A stretch of DNA of 64,000 nt. Source: Saccostrea echinata. Taxonomy: Eukaryota. This document shows positions 1-10,087 of the stretch, piece by piece (position 1 is the first letter of the stretch; each line of letters begins with the position of its first letter). Position numbers and translations under genes: made by a program. The stretch is from the NCBI RefSeq assembly GCF_033153115.1, contig NW_026889869.1, positions 1-64,000 on the forward strand. Direction: 5' to 3'. The notes below the pieces were generated by a model that saw nothing but the letters and a program-made list of their open reading frames with translations, was not told where the DNA came from and searched no databases.

Positions 1-36
1 TCCAAGACCTTTTCCTCCTTTGCCACGTCCAGACAT
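1..36 (-). CDS. H4: Histone H4, 5' fragment (first 12 codons; rest lies outside the window)
   Basis: Reverse complement reads [12 protein letters not shown], identical to the complete H4 copies. Confidence 0.95.
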   Translation of the reverse strand, partial: MSGRGKGGKGLG

Positions 37-87
37 GTTATAAGTCCAGTAGTACTGTTCTGATGAACTGATCATGCGTAATTGCCT

Positions 88-183
88 AATTTATAGTCCA
101 AATTGAGGACCCGTGAGAGCGCACGATGCTTTGAAAAGTTCGGAACGTTACCAAAGCGGTATTGTGACAAGCTTTACGATTGG
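88..183 (-). promoter_or_regulatory. H4 promoter: TATA box, GGTCC (H4 site II-like) element, CCAAT box
   Basis: Minus strand: TATAAATT (88-95), CTCTCACGGGTCC (107-119), CCAAT (179-183), upstream of the ATG at 36. Recurs in every unit. Confidence 0.75.
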
Positions 184-576
184 TCAGCTTGGCATGATGG
201 GAATGTTTACATTTCTTGCCCCACGGGAATTTTAACCACATTTAATTAATTTTGATTCTTTAATTTCTTCACATATAGGCAAGTTTAGGTTCAATTTATT
301 CACCTAAACCAAAATATTGGTACGTGGAGGTACATATATACATTTTATACAAACTGATATACAAAAAAAAAAAAAAAAAACATGACAGAAAATGAATAAA
401 AATGATAAAGAGAGAGAGGGGAATTATATCAAGCAGGACAGACAGCATCATAATTTTTTAGGATAAACATACACAATTTTTTGTTTTGTTGTTGTTATTT
501 TTTTATTTCAGTATTTTTTGCTTTGAGTTTAACAAAATAAATACCGTTGTTGCCGAATGATAATAAAAACGTGTGT

Positions 577-592
577 GGGTGGGTGGGTGGGG
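577..592 (+). other. Putative G-quadruplex motif GGGTGGGTGGGTGGGG
   Basis: Four G3+ runs with single-T loops; present in all 8 H4-H3 spacers. Confidence 0.7.
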
Positions 593-1224
593 ATTAAGTT
601 ATTCAAAGGAAAGGGGTGTGACAGATAACACCGAAATAATACAAAATGTAGAAGCTGAATGAAACTTTTGATTCTCATTCATTTATGATATCTAGTTATA
701 GATGTGATAATTTATTTGATTTCCTCTTTTCTCAGTTAATTTTCAAAGGCAACTTTAAGCAGTGACCAAACCGGCTTTATAAATGAGCCTTTTTCATTTT
801 ATTACACGCCACGTTAGAATGAATATCGTTATATTTGACGTTGTTTAGAAATCAATAAAAATCATACTTTGAATATAAATGAAATACGGAATTGCAGTTC
901 TGAAATGCATGTACTCGCATATGTGCATAGCTGTAGAACTAATGAGATAAAGTTGTAATACTGTTATTATTTTTTGCTTCGACACATTCCATCATTTTCT
1001 ATTTAAATAATTGTGCTATTTTCTAATTTATTTCGCAAAATTCTTGAATGTATTCTAGAGGGGCAGGTTGATGGACTTGTACAAAATATAGTTTCAAGAT
1101 GTGTAGACAACTTCTACAACTTGATGATGACAATAATACTATGAAATTGTCTAGCATTGTGCTATGTAATTATATATATGTAAGGCACAGATATATTCAC
1201 TGAAGGATGTACTGTGTCTCAACA

Positions 1225-1247
1225 TTTTTTTTTTTTTTTTTTTTTTT
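1225..1247. repeat. Poly(T) tract, read as poly(A) on the H3 sense strand
   Basis: T23 here; 21-23 nt in the other units. Confidence 0.9.
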
Positions 1248-1344
1248 CAATTTGGGGGCATTGTACGCCGAATTTGACAAAATTTATTAATTTCGGCCAA
1301 ATAATTCAACATTATTTTCAGAGATGTTTCAACGTCTGAACAGA

Positions 1345-1385
1345 AGGCATCTTTTCGAAGAATGTAGGTGGCCGTGAAAACGGCC
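1345..1385 (-). terminator. H3 3' processing signal: histone stem-loop plus histone downstream element (HDE)
   Basis: Minus strand GGCCGT-TTTC-ACGGCC (1370-1385), then 13 nt, then GAAAAGATGCCT (1345-1356). Same arrangement after every H3. Confidence 0.93.
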
Positions 1386-1417
1386 GTTTGCTTTAGGACT
1401 TGAAATACAGCTTAAAA

Positions 1418-1837
<420 letters not shown>

Positions 1838-1852
1838 TCAGATTATTCAAAC

Positions 1853-2007
1853 TCGAATGAATGAAGTGGCAGTGTTGCACCGTGAACTTATATATCTTTG
1901 TAAGCTCAAGTTGAAAATCGCTGCGGTCTACCAGTCGGCTTAGTCGATTGGCTGGTGCCCGCAGTAACACTCGCTACGATTAGTCAGGTGAACGAGATGA
2001 CCATTGG
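1853..2007 (-). promoter_or_regulatory. H3 promoter: cap-site motif, TATA box, CCAAT boxes
   Basis: Minus strand: TCATTCATTC (~1855-1864), TATATAA (1888-1894), CCAAT (1947-1951 and 2003-2007), and a CTAAT variant 32 bp from the first CCAAT. Confidence 0.75.
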
Positions 2008-2394
2008 CTACGTCTGTAGGTAGTTTCAATCCACAGAATTGCCCCAAAAGAAAAAGAAAATCAAGTCGGTTTTTGACACATGATTTCACTGCAGATACAT
2101 ATAGTCAAATATTTTTTTTAAAAATATATATATGGTGAATAATGGGGATGAATGTAACGTCAATTGAATAGAAAATAGAATTATTTATTATATATATACA
2201 TATATTTTCAATTCGTTATTGAAGCAAAATGCATTTTCGAAAAATATATATTATATATTTCTTGTCATTATTTCCTCCTACCATTATCTGAACAAGCCCA
2301 GTAATATTACTAAGTATCATGATACTTGCAGATAATCAGAATGGTGCATATAGGATGAACAGGAATTACCCTGTTGCAAAAACAAGAACAAAAC

Positions 2395-2500
2395 AAATAA
2401 TACAAATAAATGAATAATTAATTAAATGAATGAATAATTAAATAAATGAATGAATGAATGAATGAATAAATGAAAAGAATAAATAAATGAAAAGAATAAG
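2395..2500 (+). repeat. Degenerate (AATG)n/(AAAT)n microsatellite
   Basis: aaataaatgaatgaatgaatgaatgaataaatg...; lies ~60 bp before the masked block in each unit. Confidence 0.8.
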
Positions 2501-2563
2501 AATGTATGTATCTGTCTTTCAAAAGGTACGCATGAACTTTTATTCCATTCGTTCCACATTTGA

Positions 2564-2843
2564 NNNNNNNNNNNNNNNNNNNNNNNNNNNNNNNNNNNNN
2601 NNNNNNNNNNNNNNNNNNNNNNNNNNNNNNNNNNNNNNNNNNNNNNNNNNNNNNNNNNNNNNNNNNNNNNNNNNNNNNNNNNNNNNNNNNNNNNNNNNNN
2701 NNNNNNNNNNNNNNNNNNNNNNNNNNNNNNNNNNNNNNNNNNNNNNNNNNNNNNNNNNNNNNNNNNNNNNNNNNNNNNNNNNNNNNNNNNNNNNNNNNNN
2801 NNNNNNNNNNNNNNNNNNNNNNNNNNNNNNNNNNNNNNNNNNN
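2564..2843. other. Masked/undetermined block (280 N), unit 1
   Basis: N run between ...ccacatttga and taacactaat...; content unreadable. Confidence 0.95.
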
Positions 2844-3099
2844 TAACACTAATAATAATGGCCATATAGTTAGCGTAGGCGTTGTGATGTGGAAAAAGTA
2901 AAATTTTATTTACTTGAGGGAGGGTATGTAAACAAATTAAAAACTGACTTTTGTTTCTTCTTCTTCTCAGAAACAGCATGTTAATATTATCATGACTTTG
3001 CAATTTGCTTCCAGTCGAAGACAAATAAACTATGTGTAATAGGTAAGTGTACTTCTTGTTTATTCATTTTGTGTTTCCATTAGTACATGTATGTAATAG

Positions 3100-3140
3100 A
3101 GGCATCTTTTCTAAAAATGTTGGTAGCCCTGAAAAGGGCT
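3100..3140 (-). terminator. H1 3' processing signal: stem-loop plus HDE
   Basis: Minus strand AGCCCT-TTTC-AGGGCT (3125-3140), then 13 nt, then GAAAAGATGCCT (3100-3111). Confidence 0.92.
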
Positions 3141-3169
3141 TTTGTAATTGGTTTAAGACAATTGGCAGT

Positions 3170-3758
3170 CTACGCCTTGGTGGCTTTCTTTGGGGTTTTT
3201 GACTTCTTGGCTGTGGCTTTCTTGGGCGCTTTGGTTTTCGTAGGCTTTGGAGCTGCCTTGGCTTTCTTGGGAGACTTAGTAGCTGCTTTCTTCTTGGGAG
3301 ACTTGGCCTTCTTGGGTGCTGCAGGTTTCTTAACAGCCTTTTTCTTTTCTGTTGGCTTTTTCTCCCCGGTTGTCTTCTTGGGTTTGGTCGTTTTCTTGGG
3401 CTTGGCAGCCTTAGGTTTGGTGACTTTTTTGGTCTTGGGTTTCTTCTCCGTCTTGGGCTTCTCTCCCAGCTTGAAGGAACCACTGGCACCTGTACCCTTG
3501 GCCTGTTTGAGAACTCCCTTCTTGACTCCGTTCTTGAGGGCCATCTTCAGATGGGTGTTGACACTAGAGGCGTCATTACCGACTTTGTAGTTGCCCATGA
3601 TGTACTTGAGAATAGCTTGTCTCGAGGAACCTCCGCGCTCCTTCAGGGCAGCCACAGCAGCGCTGGATCATCTCGATGTACTTGGGATGGGCGGGGACCG
3701 TCTTGGGTTTGGAAACCTTCTTCTTGGCGGGGGATTTTGCTGGTGCGGCGTCTGCCAT
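3170..3758 (-). pseudogene. H1: Histone H1 with +1 frameshift (pseudogene or consensus error)
   Basis: cgctGGatca at 3661-3670 versus cgctGatca in all other copies; 589 bp instead of 588; frame shifts after ...YIEMI and stops at 3576. Confidence 0.75.
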
Positions 3759-3811
3759 AATTTTTTTGTCCTGTTTTCTACAACTGATGTGAACGACGTT
3801 ATCGACGATAA

Positions 3812-3931
3812 GGAAATGAATGAAATCACCTCCGCCGATGGCCTTATTTGAGTGGCGGCGAGCGCGGACCTCCGTGAAAACTCCCCAATTGTCGAGAGCG
3901 TAGAGGATTGAACTCGTCAAACTTTGTGTTT
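3812..3931 (-). promoter_or_regulatory. H1 promoter: H1 box, H4 site II-like box, non-canonical TATA, cap-site motif
   Basis: Minus strand: AAACACA (3925-3931), GTTTTCACGGAGGTCCG (3865-3881), CAAATAA (3844-3850), TTCATTCATTTCC (~3812-3824). Confidence 0.75.
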
Positions 3932-5817
3932 CAATACCTGTTATTTTTCCGATTTTGTCCTCCCAATTTTACTTAATTTTCTCAAATATGTCACTGTGCG
4001 TTTTCTTGAAATAATTTCCTACATAACTGTTTTTGTTTAAGGTTCTTAATCTGTCATTTTAAAGGAGGAATTGTCTGTTGATTCTGAAAATGCGCTGTTC
4101 CCTGGAGCCCAGAAGCGACTAATTTTGATTAAAACACGAAAACAAGAGGAATAGAACACGAGTAAGGGATTGAAGTACTTACTACATTGCTATGTGATAA
4201 AACATACATGTACATTTCTTTCAATTGTCTTCTATGTTACTTAAAATCCGAATGAAAATGCAAACATTCGGCACAAACACGCGCACAATGGATAGTGATG
4301 TGTGCCTTGCATTTCATATGAAATGGAGAGAGAGAGAAAAAAAAACAATCAAACAAAAGGGTCATATGAAGGGAAATCACGGAATCTCACAAATTGTTGA
4401 ATGTTCAAATATATATCTAATATACTTTCTAGATCAGTGGATGTTCACCCCCTTAAAGGGACAACATATAATTTCTTTTCGAATATTTAAATACATGACA
4501 CCTACTTTATAATTATAACACCGAGGACACCGGAAAGATCCAGACCGTACGTAACGTACCACATTCGGTGGTACAACGTCTGAATTTCTCAGTATAATTA
4601 TATCATAAGAATATACATAACTGACATCCTTGTAAATTACATGAAAAAAAAAAATCACATAAAAAGGGCGTGTATTTAATAATTGTAGAACACTCACTTA
4701 ATTAGTAGTTATACATAAGAGAGAGACAGAGAGAGACGAACAAGGCGAATAATGGGAGTAGCTTATTCATTGATATTAATTTGTTTCTTGTAATTTACAC
4801 ACACAAATAATTGAGTACATGTAAATAAACAGAATGTGGTCAAAAGCCAATGTATTTAAAATCTATATCTTTCAAGTTGAACAAGACAACCAGTATATAA
4901 TACAAGACAATACAATACATTGATAGAAGCATCAAATTGGTTGCACACTTTCCACGTGCAGATCATGATTCCCTGCATCTATATGTCACGTGACGATGCA
5001 GATGTGCTGCACGGCGCAGTGATGGACATCGCAATAAATGTAAAGTGTTGAAAAAAATGTCGTTTAGTCATTCGCATCGGTAGTCTATTCGAAAGAAAAT
5101 TTACTACCAGTTTTTAATTGTGTTAGTACTGTAAGTATCCGGAAACTGGCATCGAGTTGCTTTTATTCACTCTTATTATGGGAAGCACACTTTTTTGAAT
5201 AAGAACATTCAAGACATAATATAAACCACATCTTCTTATTCTTATGAGATTCTTATATTCATAACTTTTATCTATTTTTATCAATTAGGAATTTTGTCTA
5301 AATAATCATCATATAAAACAATAGCGAGGGGGAAAAAAAGAAACATTAAGGATTTAACTGGAGTTACAGATCTTTTGAATATGTTAATAAAATAATGATC
5401 ATATTTAAAAATATTTGTATCAAAGGAAAAAAATTGAAAGTTAGATCGCCATGTTAGATGATTTTCGCAGTTTCTAGTCTTAATTGGTCAATGAAATGGG
5501 TTTTTTTTTTTCTTATCTCTTTGTTGAGTGAGCATTCAAGTAATACGTGAGAATTCAACATTTGTACGCAGGCCTATAAGGTTTGGATTCAACTGCCTAT
5601 AACGAGAAAGAAAAAAACGTACATATACGAATATACATGCGAGTCAATTTTAAAATTTATTGCTTTTGTTATTAACTTAATACATTTATTTATCATTAAA
5701 TATATAACACTTTCTTTGATGTTTGATCTCTGTTCTGTGTTGAAAATTATTGAATTCGTGTGTTTCTATTATTTTCTAGCTATAATAATTGTTTACGTTT
5801 CAACTCGTTTGTAATGT

Positions 5818-5858
5818 AGGTATCTTTTCGAAAAGCTTATGTGGCCGTGAAAACGGCC
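5818..5858 (-). terminator. H2A 3' processing signal: stem-loop plus HDE
   Basis: Minus strand GGCCGT-TTTC-ACGGCC (5843-5858), then 13 nt, then GAAAAGATACCT (5818-5829). Confidence 0.93.
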
Positions 5859-5899
5859 GTTTGGTTTTGTGCTGCACACAACACAACTATAGGATCTTT

Positions 5900-6532
<633 letters not shown>

Positions 6533-6904
6533 ATGCCACCCAAAGTCGGATCCAAAGGCGCCAAGAAAGCAGTCACCAAGGCCAAGACACCGAGGAGCAC
6601 AGACAAGAAAAGGAGGAAGAGGAGGAGGGAATCTTATGCCATTTACATCTACAAAGTCCTAAAGCAGGTGCACCCTGACACTGGTGTTTCCAGCAAGGCC
6701 ATGAGCATAATGAACTCCTTCGTCAACGATATCTTTGAGAGAATCGCTGCCGAAGCCTCTCGTTTGGCCCACTACAACAAGCGATCTACAATCACAAGCA
6801 GAGAGGTCCAGACTGCTGTCCGTCTCCTTCTGCCCGGTGAACTGGCCAAGCACGCCGTATCTGAGGGCACCAAAGCCGTCACCAAGTACACCAGCAGCAA
6901 ATAA
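6533..6904 (+). CDS. H2B: Histone H2B
   Basis: 123 aa from the ATG at 6533, [18 protein letters not shown]...TKYTSSK; the upstream TTG in the ORF track is not the start. Confidence 0.99.
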   Translation: MPPKVGSKGAKKAVTKAKTPRSTDKKRRKRRRESYAIYIYKVLKQVHPDTGVSSKAMSIMNSFVNDIFERIAAEASRLAHYNKRSTITSREVQTAVRLLLPGELAKHAVSEGTKAVTKYTSSK

Positions 6905-6932
6905 TCTCATTTTGCAAGTACACACACCAAAC

Positions 6933-6973
6933 GGCCCTTTTAAGGGCCAACTAATTTTTAAGAAAAGATACCT
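6933..6973 (+). terminator. H2B 3' processing signal: canonical stem-loop plus HDE
   Basis: CCAAAC-GGCCCT-TTTA-AGGGCC (stem-loop 6933-6948), then 13 nt, then GAAAAGATACCT (6962-6973). Confidence 0.95.
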
Positions 6974-7881
6974 TCATATTACATGCGTTATTGAGACACA
7001 AATAATATGTGTGAGTGTTACAATGTGAATGCATGTGCTCGTAAAAGTGGCAAACGTATAAAAATCCCACATTGTTTACAACTGATTATAATAACAGAAG
7101 TAGGATAAATAAAGAAATACAAGTAGGTATTATTATATGTATGAGAGCCAAATTTTATTCACAAATAACTTGAATGTACAACCAAGCATATATCTAAAAT
7201 AACTGTATCTTCAAATATAAATAAAATACAAGCATGCGAGGTCCATCTGATGTACACAAAATCCTGGTTCATTTGTCCTCTGTATACTGAATTAATTATC
7301 AGCGTACATTATATAATTGATAATAAAGTATCTCAATTCAGCTAATATCAATGAAACAGATAAATAAATTCAAGACCCCCCCCCCCTCCCCTTTCTTTGA
7401 CATTGACATATTGGAATTTTCAATCAGTAATTATACATCAATAAAAGTGCAATGACCAAAATGCGATAATTATACATTGACAATTAATTGTCTAACATTA
7501 GTCATAATTGTTAAACAAGAAAAAAAAAGCATGTCACTCAGCGCCAGTTGGTACCTGTCATTGTCGGTAGATCGATCCCTCAAAATAATACTCAAGACAG
7601 CAGCATTATTATTTTAATATATGATTATAATAATAAAAAAAATTAAATAATATATACTGTTTGTGTGTGTTTATTCAATATTTCTTGTCCAAACCTAAAT
7701 TCAATACATATTTGTTGCTCTGTATATAGTTTTGAGGAAATATTACGACATAAAGGGTCTTACTCTGTTATTGTTGTGTATTTATTTTACCACTTACAAC
7801 CATTCTGTATTCAACTTTGTACAGTGAATATCTGTATAACAAGTACTCAGTAAGTAAATGTCTGTCTTAACGATGTTTAAG

Positions 7882-7922
7882 AGGCATCTTTTCGAAAAAT
7901 TTGGGTGGCCGTGATAACGGCC
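7882..7922 (-). terminator. H4 3' processing signal: variant stem-loop plus HDE
   Basis: Minus strand GGCCGT-TATC-ACGGCC (7907-7922), then 13 nt, then GAAAAGATGCCT (7882-7893). Confidence 0.92.
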
Positions 7923-7969
7923 GTTTGTGTTTGTTTTAAACTTCTGTCTTGACTGTCAAACTGAATTCT

Positions 7970-8290
<321 letters not shown>

Positions 8291-9667
8291 TCAGCCAGTA
8301 GTACTGTTCTGATGAACTGATCATGCGTAATTGCCTAATTTATAGTCCAAATTGAGGACCCGTGAGAGCGCACGATGCTTTGAAAAGTTCGGAACGTTAC
8401 CAAAGCGGTATTGTGACAAGCTTTACGATTGGTCAGCTTGGCATGATGGGAATGTTTACATTTCTTGCCCCACGGGAATTTTAACCACATTTAATTAATT
8501 TTGATTCTTTAATTTCTTCACATATAGGCCAGTTTAGGTTCAATTTATTCACCTAAACCAAAATATTGGTACGTGGAGGTACATATATACATTTTATACA
8601 AACTGATATACAAAAAAAAAAAAAAAAAACATGACAGAAAATGAATAAAAATGATAAAGAGAGAGAGGGGAATTATATCAAGCAGGACAGACAGCATCAT
8701 AATTTTTTAGGATAAACATACACAATTTTTTGTTTTGTTGTTGTTATTTTTTTATTTCAGTATTTTTTGCTTTGAGTTTAACAAAATAAATACCGTTGTT
8801 GCCGAATGATAATAAAAACGTGTGTGGGTGGGTGGGTGGGGATTAAGTTATTCAAAGGAAAGGGGTGTGACAGATAACACCGAAATAATACAAAATGTAG
8901 AAGCTGAATGAAACTTTTGATTCTTCATTCATTTATGATATCTAGTTATAGATGTGATAATTTATTTGATTTCCTCTTTTCTCAGTTAATTTTCAAAGGC
9001 AACTTTAAGCAGTGACCAAACCGGCTTTATAAATGAGCCTTTTTCATTTTATTACACGCCACGTTAGAATGAATATCGTTATATTTGACGTTGTTTAGAA
9101 ATCAATAAAAATCATACTTTGAATATAAATGAAATACGGAATTGCAGTTCTGAAATGCATGTACTCGCATATGTGCATAGCTGTAGAACTAATGAGATAA
9201 AGTTGTAATACTGTTATTATTTTTTGCTTCGACACATTCCATCATTTTCTATTTAAATAATTGTGCTATTTTCTAATTTATTTCGCAAAATTCTTGAATG
9301 TATTCTAGAGGGGCAGGTTGATGGACTTGTACAAAATATAGTTTCAAGATGTGTAGACAACTTCTACAACTTGATGATGACAATAATACTATGAAATTGT
9401 CTAGCATTGTGCTATGTAATTATATATATGTAAGGCACAGATATATTCACTGAAGGATGTACTGTGTCTCAACATTTTTTTTTTTTTTTTTTTTTTTCAA
9501 TTTGGGGGCATTGTACGCCGAATTTGACAAAATTTATTAATTTCGGCCAAATAATTCAACATTATTTTCAGAGATGTTTCAACGTCTGAACAGAAGGCAT
9601 CTTTTCGAAGAATGTAGGTGGCCGTGAAAACGGCCGTTTGCTTTAGGACTTGAAATACAGCTTAAAA

Positions 9668-10087
<420 letters not shown>

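Noticed and set aside
283-309. 8-bp inverted repeat GTTTAGGT/ACCTAAAC upstream of H4
   Set aside because: A single short inverted repeat with no TSD or other support; expected by chance in 8 kb.
2351-2375. ATTACCCTGTT matches 11 bp of the I-SceI homing endonuclease site
   Set aside because: Partial match only, with no rRNA context and no endonuclease ORF.
2418-3024. ORFs spanning the N block
   Set aside because: Artefacts of translating N as X.
3064-3590. Hydrophobic 167-aa antisense ORF and Arg/Pro-rich 141-aa alternative-frame ORF (protamine-like appearance) over H1
   Set aside because: These are shadows of Lys/Ala/Pro codon repetition in the H1 tail, with no independent promoter or ATG context.
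4867-4878. ATCTTTCAAGTT resembles the start of sea-urchin U7
   Set aside because: No Sm site or hairpin follows, and it does not complement this cluster's HDE.
5363-5384. GTTACAGATCTTTTGAATATGT resembles the 5' half of vertebrate U7 snRNA
   Set aside because: The Sm-like site is broken, no 3' hairpin follows, and only ATCTTTT matches the local HDE complement (AGGYATCTTTTC). Probably chance; a cmsearch with the U7 model would settle it.
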